A stretch of 61,479 bases of DNA, the filler included, from Chiloscyllium plagiosum (lineage: Eukaryota): the NCBI RefSeq assembly GCF_004010195.1. It is 4 parts of one record of this genome, joined end to end, with 100 filler letters (N's around TTAATTAATTAA, not from the genome) between each part and the next. Parts side by side here need not be neighbours in the genome. Positions count along the whole stretch, not along the records: positions 26,774 to 48,182 come from NC_057717.1; positions 48,283 to 58,035 come from NC_057717.1; 2 more parts are not named here. One strand, given 5' to 3'. The translations under genes were made by a program, and so were the position numbers. Of this stretch, positions 38,851 through 50,896 are shown piece by piece. Numbering within the stretch: the stretch's first letter is position 1; every line of letters begins with the position of its first letter. Below the pieces are notes generated by a model, which saw nothing but the letters and a program-made list of their open reading frames with translations, was not told the origin of the DNA and did not search any database.

Positions 38851-39589
38851 GTAAGTTCATAAATAATGTCAGATGGTCATTACTAACAGTGCCTCTTTGT
38901 AGACTGACAATACTGAGGCATTGCTCTATTGTAAGGGGATCCGAACTGAGGATGTGTCACATGTTTTGAGCATTAGTCCTGCGGCAGACTGTCATGTCTA
39001 AAGAAGATCAAAACTGTGGGAGAAGGTTTACATCATCCCCTACCAATGAAGCATTCCCTCAGAACTAAGTGAATGCAAGGCATTTCCTCAGGACTGAGCA
39101 TCTGGCTAACTACTATTACATAATGATCAGCGTGTCAATACTGAGAGAGTGCCTTATTGTTAGGTTTCTTCCCAAGGGAGTGCCTTATTTTCAGATGATC
39201 CGTTAGGTGGCATTGCCTCTGATATGGGGTCAGAAATGACGGAATGCTTCATGAATAAAGGACCAATACTGCGCTGTTTCAGCACTGTAAGACAGTCAAT
39301 TCTGAGGCACCTTCAGTCCTGGTTGTGTAACTGTGCTGGACTAACAGTACTTGCCCATCCTCAATTCTGATCACCATGCAGTGAGGCACTACGTCAGAAT
39401 TGACACTCTGACAAAAAGGGTTTGCCTCAGAGTAGATCGCAGGACAAAGGGGAACTCCCTCAGGGCTGTCTGTCTGATAGTTCTCCAACATCTCGGCACT
39501 GACCCACTTTCTGAACCACGAATTGTGGAGCACACTTTCAATGCAAACTCCGAAGTTTCGAGGCAATGCCTCAAGATTGGTGCAGTAGA

Positions 39590-41335
39590 GCAGTAAACAG
39601 GTAAATTGGTGCAGTGTACCAATACGTTCGTTTTGAGAGTTGATATAGGGCTCGCCAAAAAGAGAGAATTCTGTCAGCGGACTACTGCATGGTCGCATTG
39701 TTGCAGGGAAATACTCAAGGGAAGAACTGGTGCACAGTCGAACTAAGTTATGGAATTGAAGCATGGCGCCAGTTAAATGGAAGAATTAGAGGAGAGCACC
39801 CAGAAATCTAGATTTGGGCTAGGATATCATTAACTGTGAGAATGGTTGACAGGGTAACAATAATTGGGAGAATTTTTGGGCATCAGTAAATATGAGATTT
39901 ATTGCACAGTGCCAGTATATTAGAAAATTGTTGCGGATTGCAGATTAATTAAACAATTGCAGCAGAGCACGTTAAATAGGAGAATAGGCACAAGGAATCA
40001 GTTAAATAAAGAGAGAAACGTTGCAGCATCAGAAAACAGGAAATTCGGTTAGCTCACAACGAAATGAAACAAAAAGTGTGTCAAGCAACAGCTAAATGGG
40101 AGAATTGATATGGGGTTTCAATTATTGGAAATTTTGTGCCAGGGCCACTAAATTAGAGAATTAATGCCTCTGCCACTAAATTAGAGAATTGGTGCACGAA
40201 GTAGGAGAACGATGGCACGATAATGCATAGTTGGTGAGTTCCTGTCAGAAGAAAGATTTGTGAATAATTGGCAATTGGGAGAATTGATGCAGGGAAGCAG
40301 AGCCCTAACTGGGAGAATTGCTACAGGAACTAATAAATGGAATAACTGCACAGTAGAACTATCACAGAAAATTGCGGTATGGCACCTCTAAAACAAGGTA
40401 TTACGAGTGGCACTCCCCAATTGGGGAGAATTGGGCTAGGGTATCAGTAAACATGACACTTGATGCCGGGCAACACTGAGTGGAGAACGTACTCAGGGCA
40501 TCGCCAAATGGGATATTTCATATCAGACAACAACGAATTGGAAAATTGGCGCTGGGCATCAGTAAAAGGGACATTTCGTATCGGACAACAATGAATTGGA
40601 AAATTGGTGCAGGACATCAGAAAAAGAGAGCATTTGTGCAGGGAGACAGCAGTTTAGCTATTTCGAGCAGGGCATGTATAAATGTGAGAACATGGGCAAG
40701 GAATCACGAAATAGGACAAATACTGTGATGGAGTAGTAAAGTGGAGATTCGCTGTAATGCACCACTAAATGAGAAATTGTTAGGGGGCACAATTTTGGTG
40801 AAATGATTGTCAGGGAACAACGAAATGGAAGAATTGGGGCAAAACAATATTCAGTGGGAGATTTGGTGCAGTTCGCCACGAAAGCCAGAATTTTTGCAGG
40901 ATTGGTAATTTGGAGATTTGATGCAGGAAACACCAACATTAAAGAATTCTGGCAGCAGACCACTAAATGGGAGAAATGCTGCAGCGAAATACAACATCGA
41001 AGATCTAGTGCAGAATGGAACTAAATGAGAGAATGGGGGAATTAAAGTAGAACACTTCTAAATGGGAGAACTGGGCTACGGTGTCAGTAAATGAAAAAAC
41101 AAATCAGTGCAGGATTATGAGTAAATAGGAGAATTTGTGGGCATCAGTAAATGGGAGATTTGGTGCACTGCGCCATTACATTTGAAAAAAACGGCAGCAG
41201 TGCCAATAAATTAAAGAATTGAAGCAGAGCAGGTCTAAATGTAAGAATAGGCGTACAGAATCAATAAAAAGGAAAACATGTTGTCACAAACAATAAACTG
41301 GCGTTTTGGTTCCGTTCACTATTAAATGAACAAAC
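39590..41335. repeat. Degenerate ~28-30-bp satellite (TAAATGGGAGAATTGGTGCAGGGCACCAG-like)
   Basis: ccactaaattagagaatt at 40145 and 40173; aatgggagaattgg-like motif recurs throughout. Confidence 0.8.
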
Positions 41336-41499
41336 GCAATTAGGGAACCAATATGTGCAAGAAGTGTATCAGAGAACAGTTAAGTGGACAACAATAATTG
41401 TAGAATTGCAGGAGCATGTGAGAGATAGCTTTTGGGTACGCAAATGAGAGAGTGTGTGTGTGCTTGGATGAGTGAGAGCATGTGCATGCAGGACTCACA

Positions 41500-42780
41500 C
41501 ACTTAATAGTGGTGTCCCAGGGAGTGTTGCCAAACAGAGAGTTAAGGCGTGCAGGTACAAAGTTCTTTGAAACTGCCCTCACAGGTTAGCAGGATGGTGA
41601 AGCAGGCGTTTGAACGCTTCCCTTCATCGGTCATAGCACTGTGTCCAGGAGTTTGTGTGTCATGTTACAGTTGCACAAGACATTGCTGAGGTCACACTTG
41701 GAGCACGACATACCACCCTGTTCGTAATGCTATACGAAGGATGTTATTCAACTGCAAAAAGGTGGAAAATAGGTTTACAAGGTTGTTTTCCAGACTGGAA
41801 AGCTTGAGTTCAAAGAAGAGGCTGGGACTCTTATTTTCCGAGAGCACAGTCGTGACCGGGCAGACGGTTAGAAAATTATGAAGTGCATACGTTTATGATG
41901 AGATGGAAAAGATTTAAATGTGACCTGAGTCGTAACTGTGCAACACAGAGCGTGGTGTGAATATGGAAGGATCTGCCAGAGGAATTGACAGAGGTGAGTA
42001 GAATGACAAAGTTTAAAATACATTAGATATATGTGAGGGAGGAAAAGTGGAAATGGGAACTGGCTCAGATTAGGAAAAGTGGTTGGCGTGGCCCAGTTGG
42101 GCTAAAAGACCTATTTCCACGATGTATTATCGATCAAGATGGAGGAACTGAGGGCATTCTGGCTAAGTTTATAGATGGTAGAAACATAGTTAGATGGACA
42201 GGTAGCACTGAGGAGGCAGGGATGCTGCAGAAAGATTTGACAGGTTATGAGAGGTAAGGGTTACGGTTCGGGTTAGGTTATGAAAGGGGGCGAAAAAGTG
42301 GCAGGTCGAGTAGAAAATGGAAAAAATGTGAGGTATGCACTTTTGTATGAGGAATAGTAGCATGGACTATTTTGTAAATGAGCAGAATATTCAGAAGTCT
42401 GAGATGCAAAGAGACTTGGGTGTTCCAGTTTTGGATTATCTCAAAGTAATCCTGCAATTTGGGTTATGAGTTCGGAAGGCACGTATTTTGAAAGGGATGA
42501 ATTTCTAAGGCTGCAAATTGCTCTGGTCTGGCCACATTTGGAGTGCTGTGTACCATAACGCGGAAAGTAGTGAATGGATGGATTTCACTGCCACAAAAGA
42601 CTGTGGAACCTACGTCACTGAGTATGTTGAAGATGGAGATAGATCTGTTGCTGATTGTAAACGGCATCAAGTGTTAAGGGAGAAAGACGGTGAATGGGGT
42701 TAAGAAACCTATCAGACATGAATAAATGGTAAAGCAGATCCGATGGGCTGAACGGAAAATTTCTGCTCCTATCTCCTTCT
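41500..42780 (+). mobile_element. Two consecutive decayed CR1 3' fragments
   Basis: L.RSHLE motif and 3' UTR at about 41690-42125; ILAKFIDG...LQKDL at about 42155-42240; second 3' UTR at about 42700-42780. Confidence 0.65.
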
Positions 42781-44110
42781 CTCTGACGCCACATTCACCT
42801 CCAGAAGAAGGTTCCGAACTGGGACCTCACCTTTTTATTTGTCGCAAATGAGTGATCGAAAACTAGTCTGACCAATGGAAGCTGGATACTGGGGTAAGAC
42901 TCGCCCTAAGGTTGAGCGCGGTGGCTGGAGGGCTGCGGGGCCTTGCTCTGCACTCGGGCGTCATTTAATCCCAAAAGCACCAGAATGTCCATTAATTTTC
43001 TGCGATATTTCAGCTGTCACGGAGGGAGTGTTTATTTTAAATACTTCCTGCGAAGATAAGAGAACGGGTTCGAAATAATCAACAAAGTATTAATTTTCGG
43101 ATACACTGAGAAGGATCAATCTTGGCCTCCACTGCAGTGAAATCAGACGGGGTGAGAAACAGGAAGTGGTTTGAAAGCTGTGTCCAAACTGCATTTCACA
43201 GGGGTGTTATCCGAACCCATGTCCTGGGAACATTAGCTGGGTGTCGTAGGCTGCTCGTCATAGTCTCCAGCTTGATGGCCTCCATTCGAGGATCTAAATT
43301 ATACGAATGTAGATATTGTGGCCAGGATCTGCCAAATTTATCTTGAGTCTGGAGCGGATTGGATGATACCAAATGGAGCACAGCAGCTCAATAAATAAAG
43401 GAAAAGAGAACAGGAAACATCCAGGCATGAGATTAGTCATCAGAAAAATGCCGGAATTTATTGTTATGAATCATACCACAATTGGGAAAGTACAGTCTGA
43501 TTAAAACAAAGTCACCATGCTTTGACTAAAGGGAAATCTTGTTTGGGCAACTTTTTTTCAAGTGGTTTGACGAATCAGGGAGATGGACAGTCCTGTGTAT
43601 GATATATGCTTGGATGTTCAAAAGGTGCTACACGAAATGTAAATACTGAAAAGCTAAAGAAGTTTGTGATAAATATCAGCATCAGTGGAGAATTGATTAC
43701 TGGATGAGAAGCACAAGAATTCGGCTGATATTTTAAAAAGGCAACATGCCCCCTGTCATTTTTAAATATGTTTCTATCTAACTTTATTTCATTTGTTAGA
43801 GAAGATCAGAATCTGAAATAACTCCAATCATGATGGAAATTTTACGTGGAGCTGAAGTTCCAATTGCTTCAAAAGAAAAACGAAGCTTATTCACGTAGAT
43901 CAGAAGAGTCCTTAAAATATGTTTTAAATAACTTGATCTTGTGCAAGCATCAACAGATGTGAAGCTAGAAAAGCACAGCAGTTCAGACAGAATCCGAGGA
44001 GTAAGAAAGTCAAACTTTCGGGTTGACATCCGTTATCAGGACTGGGGAGGGTGCCCAGATGTAAATAGAGAGAGGGGATAGTGCTGGGTGATAGGCATAA
44101 ATGGACGCGT

Positions 44111-44256
44111 GATGGAAATGTGTTGCTGGAAAAGCGCAGCAGGTCAGGCAGCATCTAGGGAACAGGTGAATCGACGTTTCGGGCATTAGCCCTTCTTCAG
44201 GAATTCCTGAAACATTTCCATCTCTGATCTCCAGCATCTGCAGACCTCACTTTCTC
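44111..44256. mobile_element. Fold-back hammerhead element with collapsed right arm and 15-bp target-site duplication
   Basis: Left arm nearly identical to 4692-4778. Flanked by CATAAATGGACGCGT (44096-44110) and CATAAATGGATGCGT (44257-44271). Confidence 0.9.
44168..44206 (-). ncRNA. Minimal hammerhead ribozyme (intact core)
   Basis: GAATTC-CTGAAGA-A-GGGC-taat-GCCC-GAAAC-GTC-GATTC. Confidence 0.75.
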
Positions 44257-44711
44257 CATAAATGGATGCGTTTCGGGGTTTCTAGCGATTGATCAGTTGG
44301 TAGGGGAGTTTAATAGGAAGATAGACAGGCTAGGTCAGGGAGGTGATACCTAAGGTCGGGACTAGGGCTAGAGATCTGATAAGGCTGGGGGAAGAGAGAT
44401 TTTGAAGCGGGCAAGGACAATTTTGAGGCCATTTGACTGTAGACTTCTCAAGTGAAATATCAGGTGTTGATCCCCTAGCTTTCACTTGTCCCCAGTCTGA
44501 ACGTGGAGGAAGCCATGAATGAACATGTCACTGGGGGAGTTGGTGGGTGAATTGAACTATAAGGCAACCAAACTTTCGGGTTGGTCGATGCATACAGTGT
44601 ACAGCTACTCCGCTAACCTGTGTCCATTTCAGTATTTGGACTGCCTGGTAAAGAGGAGACAACTATGGGAGCAATGGATGCAATAGCTGGAGTGTAGGTG
44701 AAACTCTGTCG

Positions 44712-45211
44712 NNNNNNNNNNNNNNNNNNNNNNNNNNNNNNNNNNNNNNNNNNNNNNNNNNNNNNNNNNNNNNNNNNNNNNNNNNNNNNNNNNNNNNNNN
44801 NNNNNNNNNNNNNNNNNNNNNNNNNNNNNNNNNNNNNNNNNNNNNNNNNNNNNNNNNNNNNNNNNNNNNNNNNNNNNNNNNNNNNNNNNNNNNNNNNNNN
44901 NNNNNNNNNNNNNNNNNNNNNNNNNNNNNNNNNNNNNNNNNNNNNNNNNNNNNNNNNNNNNNNNNNNNNNNNNNNNNNNNNNNNNNNNNNNNNNNNNNNN
45001 NNNNNNNNNNNNNNNNNNNNNNNNNNNNNNNNNNNNNNNNNNNNNNNNNNNNNNNNNNNNNNNNNNNNNNNNNNNNNNNNNNNNNNNNNNNNNNNNNNNN
45101 NNNNNNNNNNNNNNNNNNNNNNNNNNNNNNNNNNNNNNNNNNNNNNNNNNNNNNNNNNNNNNNNNNNNNNNNNNNNNNNNNNNNNNNNNNNNNNNNNNNN
45201 NNNNNNNNNNN
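44712..45211. other. Assembly gap (500 N)
   Basis: Run of N. Confidence 1.
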
Positions 45212-45665
45212 CAGGGCCTTGGTAAGAGCAAACAGAGAGTGTTCAGTCGTTTTCGCAATGGAGACTCCACAAGAACGGTTTAACAGACCGATTCCTCGGA
45301 TGGCAGGATTGACTTATGAGGACGAGATTGGTTCAGATGGATTCCATTGGAGGTGAAAGAATGAAGTCGGATCTCACGGAAACCAGTACCATTCTAACAT
45401 GACGAACAAGGTAAGAGCAATAAAGATTCTCTAAATGACGGGAGAGTCTAGAACCGAGGAGGGCTCGCAGTTCATAGATATATAGTTGGCCAATTTCCAC
45501 TGCGATGCGGAAAATTTATTTATATAAACTTAGAGATTGGTAACTGCAGAATTTGCTGCCACAGAAAGCTGTTAAAGCCAAACATGAAATGTTTCCAGGA
45601 AGATGTATATAGTTCTGATGTTAAATGGAGCGTAGAGAATGGGTCTAAAGTGGGAACACGGTAAT
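45212..45665 (+). mobile_element. CR1 3' RT fragment
   Basis: RALVR...RFNRPIPRMAGLTYE pattern. Confidence 0.65.
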
Positions 45666-45674
45666 GAGGAGGGG

Positions 45675-46010
45675 CTGATGGCCTAGTATTATTATTGCTG
45701 GACCGAGTTAGTATTCTCGGGACTTGGGTTCGAACACCACCATAGCAGAAAGTGGAATTTCAATTTAATAAACAAATCTGGAATTATGAGTAAATGGTGA
45801 CCATGAATCGACTCTCGATTGATGGAAAAAAAAATCTGGATACAGAATTCCCTTCAAGGAAAGAAGATGCCCTCCTTACCTAGTCTGGCATATATGTGAT
45901 TCCTGACCCACCATAATGCTGTTAACCCCTAGCAGCCTTCTGGGAAATTCAGGGCAGTAAATGCTGCCTCACCAATGATACCTTCATCTCATAAATGAAG
46001 AAAGGAAAAG
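45675..46010 (+). mobile_element. tRNA-derived SINE with L2-like tail (second SINE family)
   Basis: tggcctagt (A box), gggttcgaacacc (B box), core ccttacctagtctggcatatatgtga, tail gggcagtaaatgctg...aaatgaagaaaggaaaa. Confidence 0.65.
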
Positions 46011-47376
46011 GGCATCTATGATCATACCGAATAATGGAGCAGGATTGAACACTACACTAACCTACGCATTTTCCTATTTTCTGTCTTTGTATTCTGTTAA
46101 AGGACGGATGTATAAACAACGATTGCGCCTGGCATTGGTATCGGCATTACCTTATCACAACTGGATTAAAATCCTGTAACTCTTTGTTGACCAGTTATCT
46201 GGGAGCAACTTCGGCACACGGACTTAAACATTTCAAGAAGCTGCAGACAAGCTATGGTAGCTTTTGGACTGGCTGATCTTTCTCTCCTTTTCTATGCAGT
46301 TCTCAAATTGTTGGCATTTCTGAGAAAAGCAACGTGTATGTACGAAATAAGAAGANNNNNNNNNNNNNNNNNNNNNNNNNNNNNNNNNNTCCCAACCTAC
46401 TCACGTCTGTCCCTTTACTCCCTGATCCAATTTCTCAGCCTCTGTCACATTGACAGCCAGTTCAAAGGACAAAGATGTTCAGACGACACATTCCCATCAT
46501 TCTCAATAACTAACACAAACAACAGAGTCTCCCAAATGCACTGACGCGTCTGTCACGCTGCCATGATTTATCACAATATGTTTTTTTCCTAATCGACTCA
46601 CACCAAAGATATACACAAACAGTGACGCGATAAATTAAAAAATAAGAAAACCAAACTCCAGCAAGTACGGCGGTCACTCACCGGAGCCTGTTTCTGGCAT
46701 GAAGCCAGAGGCTCTTCGTGCCTTAAACTGCGGCCCCAGAAACGCCACGTATGTGTCTAGAGTTCGACACTGACCCATGATGAAATTTATAAGCAGAATA
46801 TCCTGGTGTTGTATAATTTTAACTGAGTTTTCGTTGGCACTGGTTTGGTGGTGTTCTTCTTGAAGACTTCGGCTTGTAGGAAGGAAAGGTTATAAATCGC
46901 AGCAAATGCTTGTGCCAGCTGGTACACACAGTATTTGAGTACACCACCAGGGTCCCCATCTGGGCTCGTCATGTTCCATGGGTTCACACTCAAAACGGCC
47001 GATCTGACATCTGCAACGGAGACTGAGGGAACGGTTGATCCGAGACTGTTGGGGCAGATCGCATTGTTTGTCTAACAATCTGTTCGAAACAAGTGTAAAA
47101 TGTATTGACCGGAACAGGGAAGAATATGCTTTTGTTTGCTATTCTGATTTGTTTGCTTTGTAACTCAGTATGTTATGTAAGCCTTGTCACAAACAGATAT
47201 CTGTATATCTTCATAATGTAAAATACCACTTTTAGACTTTTTTTCTAAATAGAAACAAATTAGCCCGTTTGTATTATTGCAAAACTTAAAAATTCTGAGT
47301 TCTGACATAACCACGTTGATGACGAGATATAAAAGACAACTGACGCCAAAGTGGTGTGTCATACACATAACATACA

Positions 47377-47437
47377 TGAACCCAGGTCTCTGGCGCTGTG
47401 AGGCAGCAGTGCTAACCACTGTGCCACCGTGCTGCCC
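47377..47437 (-). mobile_element. Tailless HE1-type SINE head (61 bp) flanked by a perfect 52-bp direct duplication
   Basis: Minus strand GGGCAGCACGGTGGCACAGTGGTTAGCACTGCTGCCTCACAGCGCCAGAGACCTGGGTTCA. Repeats at 47325-47376 and 47438-47489. Confidence 0.9.
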
Positions 47438-48282
47438 AGATATAAAAGACAACTGACGCCAAAGTGGTGTGTCATACACATAACATACAGAGCATAAGTA
47501 CGGAAAGGAATACAGGCCGAGGAAATGAAATAAAGATAACTCTCATCTGCAAGAAAGACTTGCAAGTACGGCACAGTCGAAATTGGAGACGAGATGTGGG
47601 GAAGGTCCAAGATAATTAAGTTAAAAGAAGATGAAGGGGTTTTGAGGTGTCACTGAAATGAATTGTTTAGTCTTTTCTTGATCAATTATCTCTGCAACAC
47701 AATCAGATTGGGAGTTTAATGTAGAGCGTCAGTGTGGCATGATTGGCATTTTGAATATTTAGATCAAAATGGCTGTTAGTAGAGGAAAGTTATGCAAAAA
47801 CAATGTAAAAGATTTGATTCCAAATACATCATTGATTTTAAATATAGAAAGATTCAATTCGTTTAAAATGGATATATGAATAGGAAGGGTGAAGAAGGAT
47901 ATGGGCCAAGTTCTGGCAAATGGGATTAGATTAGGTTGGGATATCTGGTCGGCATGGATGTCTTGGATCGAAGGGTGTGTTTCCGTGTTGTTCATCTCCA
48001 TGTGAAGAAAATAGGTAAAGGAGAGAAAATAAAAAAAAAATACGTCTGCCAGTTTGAACGTGTTTGATTGGATAGGCGTAGTGAAGATTATTCAATTTAT
48101 AGGAGTTCATCATTACGAAGCATAAATACAAAGATTTAGAAGAGGTAATCGTTTATTCTAAAATATGCCAAAGAGTAAGAAANNNNNNNNNNNNNNNNNN
48201 NNNNNNNNNNNNNNNNNNNNNNNNNNTTAATTAATTAANNNNNNNNNNNNNNNNNNNNNNNNNNNNNNNNNNNNNNNNNNNN

Positions 48283-48740
48283 GTCCCAGGCAGCCCCAAA
48301 ATTGAGTCCCAGGCAGCAGCGGTGGAGGTCCTGGGGAGGGGCCCAAGGCGAGTCCCAGGCAGCGGTGGTGGAGGCAGGCCTCAGACAACAGCAGCAGTGG
48401 AGGCAGGCCTCTGGCAAGTCCTTGCCAGGCCTTTGGTCGCAGCGGTGAGGGGGCAGACCTGTTGGGGAGAGTCCCCGAGGCAAGTCCCAGGCAGCCCCAA
48501 AATTGAGTCCCAGGCAGCAGCAGAGGAGGTGGGCCTCTAGAAACAGCAGCAGTGGTGGAGGTCCTGGGAGGGGCCCCAAGGCAAGTCCCAGCCAGCAGCA
48601 GTGAGGTAGGCCCCAAGCAGCAACAGCTGAGGCAAGTCCGGGCGGGGTCCCAGAGACCAGCAGTGGGAGTGGGCCCCAGGTCAGCAGCAACACTCCCTTG
48701 ACCTGGGTGAGGCCCAGGCTGCAGCTCCAAAAGTAGGCCC
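48283..48740. repeat. GC-rich tandem array (GTCCCAGGCAGCAGC... units) with 201-bp higher-order period
   Basis: gtcccaggcagccccaaaattgagtcccaggcagcagc at 48283 and 48484. Confidence 0.8.
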
Positions 48741-49443
48741 CAGATTCAAAAGCTCTCACCTCCTTCTGCTTCTGCCTCCTCTTCTCTTCTCTCTTCGGGG
48801 CAGCTGGTTCAGGGATGATCCCCTTCAAGGGGGAGAGTCGTTGCACGTGCGTGCACACTCATACTGATCCAACTCTCAAAAGGGAAAACACCCAAGTCGC
48901 CAAATCTCCTGTTTCTTTCTGTTAGCCATGGCTCCCTGATTGGCCCCGGTTAACCATCCCAATCAGGGAACCCATATTTTGAGGCCCACCTGGCTAATCT
49001 CATTCCAATCACTTCATTTACCATCAATGAATCTGTGGAATCCATACCACTCAGCGCTGTTGAGATTGAGTCATTGAATACATTCATGGCTGAGATGACA
49101 GGTTTTTTTAATAAGGAAGAGAAACGAGGGGAAAAGGAGGAGAGGGGACATCAGGGTTATCAGATTGGCAATGAATGGCAGAGCAGACTCAATGGGTTGA
49201 ATGGTCTCCTTTGTCTTCTGTTCTTTTCCCAGGCAATATCCTGGTCAATTTCCTCCGCACCATTCCCTGCAATCAGATTCTTCCTATAGAGCAGTGACCA
49301 AAACTGAATGCACTGATTCAACTGTGGCCCAACCAAAGATCTGAACAGCTCAACATAAGCTACCCACTCTTATAATCAGCGCCTTGAATAATAACGTGCC
49401 TTGTATGCGTTCATAGTTATCTTATTAAATTCTCCTGCCACTT

Positions 49444-50896
49444 TCAGAAACACTCTATACAATCAACACAGGAATTCTTGGATATCATCAGAAATATACA
49501 CATAGACAAAGAAGAAACCATGATATCATTCGACGTGACGGCACTGTTCACTTCGATTGACAAAACCCTAGCCAGAGAAACAATAGCCAACCTACTGGAC
49601 ATACAGAACAGAAAACGGGACGCTGAACCTATCAACAAAGACGGTATACTAAAACTACTGGACTTGTACCTCACAACACACCTCACATTCAACAACAAGA
49701 TATACGAACAAATCAACGGAACACCCATGGGATCACCAATTTCGGGACTCAGCAGAGGCAGTTATGCAAAGGTTAGAACAAAAGGTCCTACCACAAATTC
49801 AACCCAAACTCTGGGTCAGATATGTCGACGACACATTCGTAATCATTAAAAACATGGAAATAGAAAAAACACACCGGATCATCAACGCCACACTCACAGG
49901 AATCCGATTCACAAGAGACGAAGAAAAGGATAGCAAACTCCCATTCCTAGATGTGATGGTACAGAGAACACCAGACGGAGAATTCACTACAAGAGTATAC
50001 AGGAAGGCCACAAACACAGACCACGTCCTAAACTATGAAAGTAACCACCCCAACAAACACAAACGAAGCTGCATCAGGACACTATTCAAAAGGGCCACAA
50101 TACACTGTAGTACACCAGAACTGCAAAAAGAAGAAGAGGAACACCTATACAAGGTATTCGCCAAAAACGGATATCCGCGCAACTTCATCAGCAGATGCCT
50201 AAGAGAAAGACCACGGAACGAGGACATACCACAACAAAAAGGACTAGCCACACTACCATACATCAGGAGCATCTCGGAACTGACTGCCAGACTACTGAGA
50301 CCCCGAGGACTCATAACGGCACACAAAGCAACAGCCACGCTCAGACAACAACTCACCAGAACAAAGGACCCGTATACCTAACATGAGCAAAACTAATGTA
50401 GTGTACAAAATACCATGCAAGGACTGTACAAAACACTATATAGGACAAACAGGAAGACAGCTAACTATCCGCATACATGAACATCAACTAGCCACGAAAT
50501 GACACGACCAGCTATCCTTCGTAGCCACACACGCAGACAACAAGCAACATGAATTCGACTGGGACAACACTACTATCATAGGGCAAGCCAGACAGAGAAC
50601 AGCCAGGGAATTCCTAGAAGCATGGCATTCATCCACAAACTCCATCAACAAACACATCGACCTGGACCCAATATACCAACCACTACAGCGGACAGCTGAA
50701 ACTGACAACCGGAAGCTGCAGGGACAGGCCACTATAAACACCGCAGGAAACATCAAAGAAGCGCTTCGCAGGAGGCTCCCAAGCACTGATGATGTCGCCT
50801 AGCCAGGGGACGAAACGTTTGCAACAAAATCTTCCAGTTCGGCGAACAGAACCACAGCAACGAGCACCCGAGCTACAAATCTTCGCACAAACCTTG
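49444..50896 (+). mobile_element. Penelope-like retroelement, 5'-truncated (RT and GIY-YIG, few disruptions)
   Basis: SFDVTALFTSI, QINGTPMGSPISG, RYVDDTF, LPFLDV, VYRKAT, then NVVYKIPCKDCTKHYIGQTGR...IHEH. Frameshifts at about 49750 and 50380. Confidence 0.95.
50783..50822 (+). ncRNA. Minimal hammerhead ribozyme in Penelope terminal repeat
   Basis: GCA-CTGATGA-T-GTCGCCT-agcc-AGGGGAC-GAAAC-GTT-TGC; one stem II mismatch, GUU triplet. Confidence 0.75.

Larger units (their letters stand above)
43955..44711 (-). mobile_element. Decayed Penelope-like element 3' end (GIY-YIG remnant and terminal repeat)
   Basis: Minus strand YCIHCSHSCLLFTRQSKY resembles YCI.C..C.LLYIGETK. The terminal segment 43965-44040 is homologous to the fold-back arm, with a decayed core (CTGATAA...CCCGAAAG). 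Confidence 0.65.

Noticed and set aside
42256..42280. Degenerate telomere-like run inside a CR1 fragment
   Set aside because: Too short and mismatched to interpret.
46640..46790. CpG-richer patch with a minus-strand GTGAGT donor as a possible first exon
   Set aside because: Single motif with no linked exon or ORF.
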